DNA from: a virus | Lineage: Duplodnaviria; Heunggongvirae; Uroviricota; Caudoviricetes | Reading direction: 5' to 3' (one strand) | IMG/VR virus record: IMGVR_UViG_3300019845_000023 | Location: 5,058 to 69,057 of that record | DNA: 64,000 nt | In this document: piece after piece, positions 1-8,961 of the stretch | How positions within the stretch are numbered: position 1 is the first letter of the stretch | How the letters are laid out: the number at the start of each line of letters is the position of its first letter | Made by a program: the position numbers and the translations under genes | Notes under the pieces: generated by a model | Databases searched by the model: none | Seen by the model: only the letters and a program-made list of their open reading frames with translations | Told to the model about the DNA's origin: nothing

Positions 1-236
1 GTGATTGGTGAGTTCCCGACTTCAGGCGGCATTGCGTCACCCCAGCTAAGTGTCACCAACAGTTCTTTGGACTTACGTCTTCGCTTCATCTTTCAAAGTT
101 CGTCGACAGCCAACCCTCGCACAAGCCCAGATTAAAACCATCAAGGTTATCGGTTACAATTACTTCACATTTATATAGCGGAGAACTCAGAAACCGTACC
201 GAACCGTGTACCGCTTTTTATTTTCTTTTCTCAACC

Positions 237-283
237 TTTTCTATAAATATTATATCATATTTTATAAAAAAAGTCAAATTTTT
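237..283 (-). promoter_or_regulatory. consensus extended sigma-70 promoter block
   Basis: on - strand TTGACT-17nt-TGATATAAT. Confidence 0.6.
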
Positions 284-296
284 CTTTTGTTCTTTC

Positions 297-539
297 TTAG
301 TAGATAAGAGGCTGAATTTCAACCCACATTACATCTTCGACAGAGAAGGCGCCCTCATATTCTCTAAGAGAGTTCTCAAACTCAGCAACTATGAGGTCGA
401 ACTCTTCCTTAGTGAACTCATTGGCGATTTCCTGAAGGTAATTTCTACCTTTCTGTTCTGCCGCCTCAGGAGAAGCACAGACGTCAATCTCCCAAGCGTT
501 ATCATAGTGAACGATGTAAACTTCAGTTATCTTTTCCAT
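297..539 (-). CDS. hypothetical protein (~80 aa)
   Basis: ORF; internal ATG preceded by GGGAGG RBS; TAATG overlap with upstream gene. Confidence 0.5.
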   Translation of the reverse strand: MEKITEVYIVHYDNAWEIDVCASPEAAEQKGRNYLQEIANEFTKEEFDLIVAEFENSLREYEGAFSVEDVMWVEIQPLIY

Positions 540-819
540 TAAAGTGCCTCCCATTCTGCCTGAAGCTCTGCGAGCTCCTTGCTGTAATAGTCTCTGAGTA
601 ATGCCACTATCTTAGCCCCAACTTCTTCGGAGATTCCGCAGAATCTTTCAGGAAGTCTGGTGCCGCCCTCTTCATTAGTATAACCAGAGAGCTTAATGTG
701 GTCAACTTTTACTCCAGAAGGTCCAGCTCCCATTCTCGTATTGAGAGCATCTACTCTTAACTCAATATCAGTTATTCTCTCATCGAGTTCCTTTGCTCTT
801 TCAAAGCTTTCTCTTGTCA
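539..819 (-). CDS. hypothetical protein (93 aa)
   Basis: ORF trimmed to ATG preceded by GGAGGA RBS; TAA stop. Confidence 0.55.
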
Positions 820-831
820 TAGTATCCTCCT

Positions 832-986
832 TACGCCCACTCAGGGTCACAGTCAGGGTTTTCGTACTCTTCCTCTTCACAGGGAGGGAAATCATCAGGG
901 CATCTTGACACCCAATGGCAAGATGGTCTCTCTTCATAATCTTCCTTCCAGAAATATCCACAGTCAGTACACTTGAAATCTCTCAT
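832..986 (-). CDS. small Cys-rich zinc-ribbon-like protein (51 aa)
   Basis: ATG 20 nt below promoter block; C-x2-C...C-x5-C; not in ORF track (<60 aa). Confidence 0.45.
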
Positions 987-1008
987 TCTTTTTCATTTCC
1001 TTTCCTCA

Positions 1009-1054
1009 TTTTCTATATATATTATAACATAAAATATGAAAAAAGTCAAATTTC
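1009..1054 (-). promoter_or_regulatory. consensus promoter block
   Basis: TTGACT-17-TGTTATAAT. Confidence 0.6.
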
Positions 1055-1067
1055 TTTTTGTTTATCT

Positions 1068-1232
1068 CTTAGTAGGCGGCGACTATCTGAAGATACCAGC
1101 TAAAGCCAGTTGCATCAACATAGACGCCCCTATATCTCTCTATAAAGTTTCGAGCATCCTCATAGGAAACGCCGCCGAGGATAACTCTCTCGAATCTGTC
1201 ATATGAGCTGAATCCGATTACGTTACACATTA
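1068..1232 (-). CDS. hypothetical small protein (54 aa)
   Basis: hand translation; TAATG coupling to upstream gene. Confidence 0.4.
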
Positions 1233-1388
1233 GTCATTCACCTGCCAAGTTCTTATTCTGACTACCCACTCGTCCTGCTCCATAGCCTGAGCATACTTTA
1301 CAGCCGAGGGATAATTTTTGAAGACATTGAGTATGGTCCATGCACCAGTATCTCTGCCCTGTCCTTCAACTACATAAACCTTTTCCAT
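1229..1388 (-). CDS. hypothetical small protein (53 aa)
   Basis: hand translation; start overlaps TAA of upstream gene (TAATG). Confidence 0.4.
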
Positions 1389-1645
1389 TACTTAGCCTCC
1401 CCTGCAAATAAGTCGATACGCCAGCACCAAAGGAACTCGTCAATTGAGAAACCCTGTCCCCATACGGAAGCGTCTCTGTTAGCGACAGACATTACAAGCT
1501 CCTTGTACATCTCCATCTTAGTCTCAGAGTCGTTATTAGACTCCTCAATCTGCTCAATCGCATACTTGAGAGCATCTTCAAAATGAACGAAGACACGATA
1601 CTCACAGTCGCAATCTTCTACCAGAAATACCTTCATATCTTCCAT
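1388..1645 (-). CDS. hypothetical protein
   Basis: ORF track; tiling on - strand. Confidence 0.5.
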   Translation of the reverse strand: MEDMKVFLVEDCDCEYRVFVHFEDALKYAIEQIEESNNDSETKMEMYKELVMSVANRDASVWGQGFSIDEFLWCWRIDLFAGEAK

Positions 1646-1960
1646 TTACTTTTCCTCGCTTTCTCTTATAATGTAGTCGCCGAACTCAGCGCTGCCGTGC
1701 CAGTCAAGTTCGTCTTCGATTTCCTCACAGAAAAACTGAATGTAGTTTTCCTTGATACGCTCCCAGTCTGGTTCGCTTATCATCTTTCTCATAATCGAAC
1801 CACTACCGAACTCGCCGCTGTCAAGAGGAAGTTCAATAGTCCCGAAGTCTGCGTTGAGGACCTCCTCAATATAAGCATCATCAACGAGGTCATTAACGAA
1901 CTCTGTGATTGTCTCATACTCGACATCAGTGCCGAGAATAGGTTCAGTTACTATAATCAT
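1646..1960 (-). CDS. hypothetical acidic protein
   Basis: ORF track; TAA stop. Confidence 0.5.
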   Translation of the reverse strand: MIIVTEPILGTDVEYETITEFVNDLVDDAYIEEVLNADFGTIELPLDSGEFGSGSIMRKMISEPDWERIKENYIQFFCEEIEDELDWHGSAEFGDYIIRESEEK

Positions 1961-1975
1961 ATTGTGCCGCCCTCC

Positions 1976-2158
1976 TTAACTTAAAAGATGCCAAATCTCG
2001 TCGAGTAACTCCTGAGCATCTTCCTTTGTTGCAGTAACATTAGTTACTGAGTCGCCATTATTCATTCTTATGGTTACCATTTTTCCCTCAACATTAACCC
2101 AAGCTATCTGCTCCTTTTGGATAATGTAGTCATTTATCTTTATGAACTTATCTCTCAT
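1976..2158 (-). CDS. hypothetical protein
   Basis: ORF track. Confidence 0.45.
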   Translation of the reverse strand: MRDKFIKINDYIIQKEQIAWVNVEGKMVTIRMNNGDSVTNVTATKEDAQELLDEIWHLLS

Positions 2159-2168
2159 ATTAAACTCC

Positions 2169-2519
2169 TTAGTCGTAGAACTCTACTTCACGAACGTAAA
2201 AACCGAATACGTTGTCAAGGATGTTAGTACCGTACCAATCCTTGCTTCTGTCAATGAGGCATTCTTCAAATTCCTTTCTTGCTTCAAGGACCTCTTCGTC
2301 GTCTTCGCCCCACTTCTCAGCGTAGTAATCAATCTCTTGACTAACAGCTTCGATAGCATCTTTCCAAGTGGTATAAACCATTGGGTCAGTACACTTATCT
2401 TCCTGATATATGAAGATGGTTCTATGTCTTGACTTCTCTAATGCCTTCTCAAGTCTTTCCTGCTCAAGTAACATATTGTCAGTCTCGTCTCCAAATGAAC
2501 ATAACGACATACTCAACAC
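2169..2519 (-). CDS. hypothetical protein
   Basis: ORF track. Confidence 0.5.
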   Translation of the reverse strand: MLSMSLCSFGDETDNMLLEQERLEKALEKSRHRTIFIYQEDKCTDPMVYTTWKDAIEAVSQEIDYYAEKWGEDDEEVLEARKEFEECLIDRSKDWYGTNILDNVFGFYVREVEFYD

Positions 2520-2752
2520 TCCTCACTGTCTATAGTCTTTTCGATAGCAACGATATACTCATTCATAAAGTAATCCTTGTTTTCCCTGCAACATTCATTA
2601 TAGCTCTTAAAGATTTCGTGGAATCCCTCGTCATTAATGTTTCCAACACGGTCAAAGTAGTTACATATATAACTCCAAGCCTTTTCCTTAGAAGAACAAA
2701 CAACGGCTGTCTCCAGACCATCTTCGAGCCATTCTATAATCCATACTTTCAT
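2513..2752 (-). CDS. hypothetical protein
   Basis: ORF track; promoter block 2774-2820 upstream. Confidence 0.5.
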   Translation of the reverse strand: MKVWIIEWLEDGLETAVVCSSKEKAWSYICNYFDRVGNINDEGFHEIFKSYNECCRENKDYFMNEYIVAIEKTIDSEEC

Positions 2753-2773
2753 TTTTTCTTTTCCTTTCTCATC

Positions 2774-2820
2774 TTTTCTATATATATTATATCATAAAAT
2801 AGAAAAAATGTCAAATTTTT
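2774..2820 (-). promoter_or_regulatory. consensus promoter block
   Basis: TTGACA-17-TGATATAAT. Confidence 0.6.
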
Positions 2821-2830
2821 ATTTGTTTAT

Positions 2831-2861
2831 AGAAAGAAAAAGGGGCAGCCTAATGCTGCCC
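2831..2861 (-). terminator. rho-independent terminator closing tRNA array 1
   Basis: GGGCAGC-AUUAG-GCUGCCC then CUUUUUCUUUCU. Confidence 0.55.
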
Positions 2862-2881
2862 GAGGTACTATGACTGAAACT

Positions 2882-2957
2882 TTTGGCGCGCCGCCAAGGA
2901 CTCGAACCCTGACCGTTTGGGTTGGAACCAAGTATGCTACCATTACACCAACGACGC
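2882..2957 (-). tRNA. tRNA-Trp (CCA)
   Basis: GGTTCGAGTCC T-arm; 7-bp acceptor with G-U pairs; anticodon loop UUCCAAC. Confidence 0.65.
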
Positions 2958-3301
2958 ATATAAGGAATCAGTTGCCTTCCTGTCGTCAGAGCTTTTCAGG
3001 GCTTCTGATACTTTAGTACTTGGCTACCAACTCCCCATTCAATTGAAATGGAATGATTGTCCATTGCCCGTCGACTGACAACTTCACGCCTATCTCTGGC
3101 AACTCGTAGGTGAGTCAAACCTCAACTGCCATACTCCCAGTTGATTTGGAGGGTAGTTCTAATGCTTTATCCTGAAACACTACCAAAGTCAGTCGTGACG
3201 AGCACTGAATCACCTGCACCCGCACGTTTCTACAATATGGTGTAGAGGGTTGATAAATCCTTGCACCATAAGGGAACTGTTTTTATGAGCCGCCAAGCTC
3301 A

Positions 3302-3377
3302 TGGTGCCCCAGACTGGTGTCGAACCAGTTCCTGCGGATTTTCAGTCCGCCGCTTCTACCGAGTTAGCTTCCGAGGC
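3302..3377 (-). tRNA. tRNA-Phe (GAA)
   Basis: cloverleaf; anticodon stem GCGGA/UCCGC; loop CUGAAAA. Confidence 0.65.
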
Positions 3378-3475
3378 ATTTATCAAGATAGGTTATACTT
3401 TGTGGATTTGAACCACTTCAATTTTTCTCAAAATAAAAAATCTTTAACCATTTGGTTTGCTGTGCCTATCTTTAT

Positions 3476-3551
3476 TGGTGGACTCGAAGGGAGTCGAACC
3501 CTCGACCTCCTGCTTGCAAGGCAGGCGCTCTCCCAATTGAGCTACGAGCCC
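3476..3551 (-). tRNA. tRNA-Ala (TGC)
   Basis: G3-U70; close to E. coli Ala; loop CUUGCAA. Confidence 0.75.
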
Positions 3552-3781
3552 ATTAACAAGGTAGCCGTACGCACTACTTTCATATTCCAGAAGCTGCTTG
3601 TCAGCTCGGTCAATCACCGTCTCGTGGGATTCCGTTCACGCCGCTTAATAAGTAGCAGTACTTAAACGCAACTATTATGGCGTTCCGACAGATAATTTCT
3701 TTAACTTGAAGAAACTACCAAATACGGTGCTCAGTGTCCCTGTGCCGCAGGGGAAGTTTATTCACGACACTTCCAAACGAA

Positions 3782-3859
3782 TGGTGCCTGTGGCGGGCAT
3801 CGAACCCACGACCTTACGCTTATGAGGCGCACACTCTAAACCATCTGAGCTACACAGGC
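3782..3859 (-). tRNA. tRNA-Met (CAT)
   Basis: loop CUCAUAA. Confidence 0.55.
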
Positions 3860-3955
3860 ATTTCTAATCGGTTACTGTTTAATACTGGCGGCACCTAAGC
3901 GGCTGCTTTTACGACAGTTCCGCACTCGAAGGTAAGAACCGATATTAAGAAACCT

Positions 3956-4030
3956 TGGTACTCACAGCCAGACTTGAACTGACAACTTCTTCCACGTCAA
4001 GGAAGCACTCTACCATTGAGTTATGCGAGT
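3956..4030 (-). tRNA. tRNA-Val (GAC)
   Basis: stem CUUCC/GGAAG; loop UUGACGU. Confidence 0.55.
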
Positions 4031-4074
4031 ATTAATGGGGGTTAGTTTAAGGAGGGTTTTCCCCGACCCTCGAA

Positions 4075-4149
4075 TGGCACCCCCAGTAGGAATCGAACCT
4101 ACATCACACGCTTAGAAGGCGCGTGCACTCTCCGTTATGCTATAGGGGC
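4075..4149 (-). tRNA. tRNA-Arg (TCT)
   Basis: stem CGCGC/GCGUG with G-U; loop CUUCUAA. Confidence 0.55.
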
Positions 4150-4152
4150 ATT

Positions 4153-4229
4153 TGGTTGCGGGAGAAGGATTTGAACCAACGACCTCAAGATAATGAATCT
4201 TGCGAGCTACCAGACTGCTCCACCCCGCA
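4153..4229 (-). tRNA. tRNA-Met (CAT), initiator-like D-arm
   Basis: TGGAGCAG.CTGGTAGCTCG resembles fMet; loop UUCAUUA. Confidence 0.55.
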
Positions 4230-4531
4230 ATATGTGCCGTTGAAAGATTTGCAACTCTTTCGGAAGGCTATCCAAGTCAATTTTACGTCTGAGGCTCAGC
4301 GACGACATACTCCGTAATTGCCACGGCGTCTTTTTACCTAAAGACACGGTAGGGAATAGGTTACTCACTCCTAAACAAGTTATCTGGTCCTTCTACCAGC
4401 ACTATCTCTGCATCACGTCCAGAACACCCGAAGTCAGTTCTTAGCACACCGACTCAAAAACTACGACCGCTTAGAGGTGCCGCGCCCCATATGTTTCCCT
4501 TTATTTTACAGTTGAGACTGGTATTCAACTC

Positions 4532-4605
4532 TGGTTTCCCTTGCAGGAGTCGAACCTACATTATCTGTTTCAGAGACAGGCGTCCTACCATTAGACGAAA
4601 GGGAA
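4532..4605 (-). tRNA. tRNA-Gln (CTG)
   Basis: loop CUCUGAA. Confidence 0.6.
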
Positions 4606-4610
4606 ATATC

Positions 4611-4690
4611 TGGTGACGGCACGGGGGCTCGAACCCCGACTCTCCAGCTTGAGAGGCTGGCGTGTTGACCAGTTCCACTATGCCGCCATC
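4611..4690 (-). tRNA. tRNA-Glu (CTC)
   Basis: stem CCAGC/GCUGG; loop CUCUCAA. Confidence 0.55.
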
Positions 4691-4740
4691 CACACGGCGG
4701 AACTATTGCTCCGCCGCGAATGCTTCAGTTTGAAGGGTTA

Positions 4741-5157
4741 TCAGCCCTCTGCCTCAGCCTCAGCCTTAGCAGGAGCCTTAGAAACGAACTCTACACCTGT
4801 GAGAGTGTAAGTCTTAACCTTACCCTTACCTGTTGCAGACTTTGCCTCGCCCTCTGCAACAACACCGTCAGCCTTAAGTGCTCTCATAAGAGCAGATGCC
4901 TTCTGTGTAGAAACACCAAGCATCTCAGCGACAGCAGATGCAGCGTAAGCAGTCTCTGCGTTTGCCTCAGCAACGAACTTAGCCTTAAGAGCCTCGTTCT
5001 CAGCCTGTGCAGGAGTAAGAGAGTTACGTCTCTTCTCGTTCTTCTCGTCGAGCTTTGTAAGCTCAGCCTTAGCGTAAGTTGCGAGGTCCTCTGCAAGACC
5101 CTCAGTAGCAAGAACGCCGTTAAGGAATGTTCTCATAGTCATCTTCTCGTTAGCCAT
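4741..5157 (-). CDS. Ala/Lys/Glu-rich protein, possible winged-helix DNA-binding protein
   Basis: ORF inside tRNA array with its own promoter block 5225-5271; overlapping + ORFs are low-complexity. Confidence 0.45.
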   Translation of the reverse strand: MANEKMTMRTFLNGVLATEGLAEDLATYAKAELTKLDEKNEKRRNSLTPAQAENEALKAKFVAEANAETAYAASAVAEMLGVSTQKASALMRALKADGVVAEGEAKSATGKGKVKTYTLTGVEFVSKAPAKAEAEAEG

Positions 5158-5224
5158 AATAGCCTCACTTTCTGTGCCTTAGCACGTCGTAATTTGATTT
5201 TTTTTTGAATTGGTTTTCTTGACC

Positions 5225-5271
5225 TTTTCTATAAATATTATACCATATTTTTTAGAAAAAGTCAAATTTTT
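5225..5271 (-). promoter_or_regulatory. consensus promoter block
   Basis: TTGACT-17-TGGTATAAT. Confidence 0.6.
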
Positions 5272-5293
5272 CTTTTCTTTTTCCTTTCGGAAA

Positions 5294-5373
5294 TGGTGAC
5301 GGCAACGGGATTCGAACCCGTGACTCCAGCGTGAAAGGCTGGTGACTTAGACCACTTGTCGATGCCGCCATTA
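5294..5373 (-). tRNA. tRNA-Glu (TTC)
   Basis: paralog of 4611-4690; loop CUUUCAC. Confidence 0.55.
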
Positions 5374-5535
5374 GTTCGGTTTTACTTTGCCTTCTTATTT
5401 GGTAACGGAGCGTTTGCCACAAAGCCACATATCTGACGCTCATTGATAAATCGCTGATTGTCTGCCAGTGGTAGTTGAAACCGTAAATCCATGTTAACGC
5501 TTCGTAGGGTTTAAGGTAGCGGACCCTATGCACCT

Positions 5536-5614
5536 TGGTGGACCTTATGGGAATCGAACCCATCTGTTTTCCTGTTTGCAAAACAGGTGACCACCCCTTG
5601 CAGTCCCAAAGCCC
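5536..5614 (-). tRNA. tRNA-Ala (TGC), second copy
   Basis: G3-U70; loop UUUGCAA; 9-nt D-loop. Confidence 0.5.
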
Positions 5615-5730
5615 ATTTATTTGCAGAGAGGTAAAACTCATAAAACCCTTATCCGCTATCAAAGATACTGTCCGTTTTTCAGGAACGCCCAGAGTTGCTT
5701 CATATCTTTGAAGTTTTAATCTCTTTCTCA

Positions 5731-5775
5731 TTTTCTATAAATATTATACCATATTTTATAGAAAAAGTCAAATTC
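5731..5775 (-). promoter_or_regulatory. consensus promoter block
   Basis: TTGACT-17-TGGTATAAT. Confidence 0.55.
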
Positions 5776-5787
5776 TTTTCTGCTATT

Positions 5788-5873
5788 GGTCGGTAGGGAG
5801 GGACTCGAACCCCCAGCGTTTCAATGTCACTGTTTTACAGACAGCTTGCTTCACCCAGTTTGCATACCTACCG
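5788..5873 (-). tRNA. tRNA-Tyr (GTA), class II
   Basis: long variable arm; loop CUGUAAA. Confidence 0.6.
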
Positions 5874-5980
5874 ATTTGGTGGACATTCTACGCTCATCAG
5901 CGACAGTAGCCCTCACTGGGTTGCAATTTGGTTCTTTGTTAAAGGAGTTCCTCTCTTGCAACTGAAATCCCATCTCCTAT

Positions 5981-6057
5981 TGGTGCCGCCGAGAGGACTC
6001 GAACCTCCGACCTCTCGGTTATCAGCCGAGTGCTCTAACCAGCTGAGCTACGACGGC
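5981..6057 (-). tRNA. tRNA-Ile (GAT)
   Basis: loop CUGAUAA. Confidence 0.65.
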
Positions 6058-6146
6058 ATTTGGTGGCAATTAACGTCTTGCCGCACGACATATGGGTTAT
6101 TATTTTTGTACCTCTCGTAACCTCTTTTGTTCTTAATCGAGCCTAT

Positions 6147-6219
6147 GGTGTGGGATAAGGGAATTGAACCCTCGACACCAGTATGGCAAACTGGTATTTT
6201 ACCACTAAACTAATCCCAC
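6147..6219 (-). tRNA. tRNA-Gly (GCC)
   Basis: loop UUGCCAU. Confidence 0.6.
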
Positions 6220-6222
6220 ATT

Positions 6223-6299
6223 TGGCGAGCACGAAGGGACTTGAACCCTCAACCTCTCGGGAGACAACCGAGCGTTCTACTCATTTGAACTACGCACCC
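6223..6299 (-). tRNA. tRNA-Asp-like (GTC), atypical (U37, no GG in D-loop)
   Basis: loop UUGUCUC. Confidence 0.4.
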
Positions 6300-6392
6300 A
6301 TTTAATTTCTTACTTGCCGCAACGCACCTCACCAATCTTTCAATTGCAGGGAGTTGCACCCTATTCATTGCGACTTTCAGAGGGTTACCCCT

Positions 6393-6468
6393 TGGCGATT
6401 CCGACGGGACTCGAACCCGTAACTGTAGCGTGACAGGCTACTGACTTAACCAGTTAATCGACAGAACC
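6393..6468 (-). tRNA. tRNA-Asp (GTC)
   Basis: T-arm GCGGGTTCGAGTCCCGTC identical to E. coli Asp; loop CUGUCAC. Confidence 0.65.
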
Positions 6469-6511
6469 ATTTATCGGAAGCTTTTCCTCCAGAGGACGGT
6501 TTACCAACCGA

Positions 6512-6558
6512 TTTTCTATATATATTATATCATAATTTTTTCAGAAAGTCAAATTTTT
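6512..6558 (-). promoter_or_regulatory. consensus promoter block
   Basis: TTGACT-...-TGATATAAT. Confidence 0.6.
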
Positions 6559-6559
6559 A

Positions 6560-6856
6560 TTAGGTTATATCCTCGAAATCGCTTTCATCTACACCATACT
6601 CATCGAAGATTTCCTCTTCATTCTCGTCAGTGATTTCAACGATGTCGTAACCACAACCCTCAAGGAACTCATCAAACTCTTCGTCTGTGTAAGAGCCTTC
6701 CCAGCCGAACTCAAGGTGAGTCCAACCTTCTGCGTAATCATAGAGACCTTCTTCCATATAAGCCGCAGCCTGCTCTTCATTTTCTGCGATAAGGAAGCGT
6801 CTGTCATCTGTACCACTGTAACCACAGTAGTAAGTAGCCATATATTTATTTGCCAT
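6560..6856 (-). CDS. hypothetical acidic protein
   Basis: ORF track. Confidence 0.5.
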   Translation of the reverse strand: MANKYMATYYCGYSGTDDRRFLIAENEEQAAAYMEEGLYDYAEGWTHLEFGWEGSYTDEEFDEFLEGCGYDIVEITDENEEEIFDEYGVDESDFEDIT

Positions 6857-6858
6857 TT

Positions 6859-7044
6859 TTATTCTCCTTCGTAAATCTTTTTAAGGTCGAGGTAAAGCTG
6901 GTAAGCATCTACATAAGTAGAATTGTAACCGCCTTCGTTAATTGCAACGACCACATCTCTGTCAAGGAAACCATTTCTTATGAAAGTAACTTCATAGCCC
7001 TCGGTCATTTCTGCCGCTTCAAGAACTATTTTTTCATTTTCCAT
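6859..7044 (-). CDS. hypothetical protein
   Basis: ORF track; promoter 7065-7111. Confidence 0.45.
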   Translation of the reverse strand: MENEKIVLEAAEMTEGYEVTFIRNGFLDRDVVVAINEGGYNSTYVDAYQLYLDLKKIYEGE

Positions 7045-7064
7045 TTTTGTTCCTCTCTTTCATC

Positions 7065-7111
7065 TTTTCTATAAATATTATATCATATTTTATAGAAAAA
7101 GTCAAATTTTT
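7065..7111 (-). promoter_or_regulatory. consensus promoter block
   Basis: same motif. Confidence 0.6.
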
Positions 7112-7118
7112 ATTTGTA

Positions 7119-7207
7119 TGGTCGGCAGGGAAGGACTCGAACCTTCAAGACCCCTAAGGGCAACGGGGTTACAGCCCGCGACGCTACCAGTTACGTTCTA
7201 CCTACCG
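7119..7207 (-). tRNA. tRNA-Tyr (GTA), class II, second copy
   Basis: loop CUGUAAC; long variable arm. Confidence 0.55.
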
Positions 7208-7303
7208 ATTTGGTTGACGTTTAAGTCCGCCTCGCTGCTCATACCCGTTTTTGTTTCGACCGTGAGAACTACATTTGCTCCAAAACTCACTATAAACTTG
7301 TCG

Positions 7304-7381
7304 TTGGCGATACCGACGGGACTCGAACCCGCAACCTCTGGAGTGACAGTCCAGTGCTCTACTCTATTGAACTACGGCACC
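7304..7381 (-). tRNA. tRNA-Asp (GTC), second copy
   Basis: loop CUGUCAC. Confidence 0.55.
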
Positions 7382-7499
7382 ATTTAATTGGAGCGATTAA
7401 GCGAACAGAGGTGTCGCTCCAGTGCAGTCGCTGTGACGTTATCCACACCCTCTTGTAGCGTTTACCATATGACTATTAAGCTACCACAATTTTCGTTTT

Positions 7500-7585
7500 T
7501 GGCGGGACGGACAGGATTCGAACCTGCATAGGAAATAAATTCCGACGGTTAACAGCCGCCTGCCTAACCGTTAGGCTACCGACCC
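7500..7585 (-). tRNA. class-II-shaped tRNA with anticodon GTT (Asn-like)
   Basis: 16-nt variable arm; loop CUGUUAA; one U-U in acceptor. Confidence 0.4.
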
Positions 7586-7588
7586 ATT

Positions 7589-7665
7589 TGGCGGGAAGTA
7601 TAGGACTCGAACCTATGACACCGCGGTTAACAGCCGCGTGCTCTAACCAACTGAGCTAACAACCC
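7589..7665 (-). tRNA. tRNA-Asn (GTT)
   Basis: loop CUGUUAA; acceptor has two U-U mismatches. Confidence 0.5.
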
Positions 7666-7692
7666 ATTTAAAATTGTCTTTCTCTCTTGACC

Positions 7693-7739
7693 TTTTCTAT
7701 AAATATTATATCATATTTTCTAAAAAAAGTCAAATTTTT
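7693..7739 (-). promoter_or_regulatory. consensus promoter block
   Basis: same motif. Confidence 0.6.
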
Positions 7740-7757
7740 ATTTGTTATTGAAGATTA

Positions 7758-7835
7758 TTGGTCGGGCATCGGGGACTCGAACCCCGAACTTACTGATTAA
7801 GAGTCAGTTACGCTAAACCAATTGCGTCAATGCCC
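7758..7835 (-). tRNA. tRNA-Lys (CTT)
   Basis: perfect acceptor; loop CUCUUAA. Confidence 0.7.
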
Positions 7836-8093
7836 GATATCTTAGGGAGCAGTACCACTCCCTAACGAAGTAAGATTACTCCGAGTTGGTTCGTTAAGCT
7901 TGCCAACTACTCACCCCGTTACCCTACACCTGCAACGGTAGATGCCAACTCTTACTCTGCTGACGAGGGAGAGTCTATATCCGACCTACTCTCACTACGG
8001 GACAAGGATTTAACCATCTAACCCTCCTCAAGGTGTCCGTTTTATGCTTGGCGAGGACAAATCCAAGGTTACTACTCGGCTAACCACACCGTA

Positions 8094-8169
8094 TGGGGCT
8101 GGCGACAGGAATCGAACCTGCAACCTTCCGCTTACAAGGCGGACGCACTACCTATTGTGCTACGCCAGC
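8094..8169 (-). tRNA. tRNA-Thr (TGT)
   Basis: perfect acceptor GCUGGCG; loop CUUGUAA. Confidence 0.7.
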
Positions 8170-8188
8170 ATTTCTATCTTGTGCCCTT

Positions 8189-8263
8189 TGGAGATACTGG
8201 TGGGAGTCGAACCCACGACTCCAGTTTTGCAGACTGGTGTCTTAGCCTCTTGACGACAGTATC
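8189..8263 (-). tRNA. tRNA-Cys (GCA) with Glu-type D-arm
   Basis: loop CUGCAAA; D-arm UCGUCAAGAGGCUAAGACA. Confidence 0.55.
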
Positions 8264-8286
8264 TCCAAAAGGCACAAGAATTAAGG

Positions 8287-8667
8287 TTAATCGTCTTGTG
8301 ATATTATGTAATATGATATTTGAGTGTTTTCAATAAATTCGTCCACCCATTTGTTATAGTCTACGTCTTTATAAGCAAAGCCGAGTCTATTAAACAGATG
8401 ATTAGCGGTTTCATAGAGGTCTCCGCCATCTTCATAGAGAGATTCAACAACCCAGTCCATTAAGTCCTTTTCGTCACATCTTAAGCCACGAATGACTCCT
8501 GTATGGGTTACGTTATATTGCTCATTTGTCCAAGTGTACTCGACATCGTGGACGAGATTCTTTAGAGCTTCCTTTGCTTTCTCTATGTAATACTCAAGTT
8601 CACCGAGAACGCCTTCTATCTCTTCATAATTACCATCGGCGATTATATCTGATACGAAATCAAACAT
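8287..8667 (-). CDS. hypothetical protein
   Basis: ORF track; promoter 8685-8732. Confidence 0.5.
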   Translation of the reverse strand: MFDFVSDIIADGNYEEIEGVLGELEYYIEKAKEALKNLVHDVEYTWTNEQYNVTHTGVIRGLRCDEKDLMDWVVESLYEDGGDLYETANHLFNRLGFAYKDVDYNKWVDEFIENTQISYYIISQDD

Positions 8668-8684
8668 CTTTAAACCCCTTTCTA

Positions 8685-8732
8685 ATTTTCTATAAATATT
8701 ATATCATATTTTATAGAAAAAGTCAAATTTTT
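8685..8732 (-). promoter_or_regulatory. consensus promoter block
   Basis: same motif. Confidence 0.6.
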
Positions 8733-8763
8733 GATTTTTGTTTTTTGTTTTTCTTGGAGAAAT

Positions 8764-8838
8764 TGGCACCCTCGGTAGGAATTGAACCCACATCTCAACG
8801 TCCGTAGCGTCGCGTCCTATCCTTTGAACGACGAGGGC
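8764..8838 (-). tRNA. tRNA-Arg (ACG)
   Basis: loop CUACGGA. Confidence 0.6.
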
Positions 8839-8841
8839 ATA

Positions 8842-8918
8842 TGGTCGGAAGTGCGGGATTCGAACCCACAGCCTCGTGCGTCCAAGGCACGCCGTCTACC
8901 AAATTGACGTAACTCCCG
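8842..8918 (-). tRNA. tRNA-Pro (TGG)
   Basis: loop CUUGGAC. Confidence 0.6.
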
Positions 8919-8961
8919 ATAAATGGGGCTACCGACAGGAATCGAACCTGCAACCTATTGA

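Noticed and set aside
4075-4149. Possible CUA (amber suppressor) anticodon in the tRNA with loop ...CUUCUAA
   Set aside because: That register needs a stem with two mismatches. The UCU (Arg) register gives five pairs with one G-U. The genuine CUA tRNAs are at 46667-46822.
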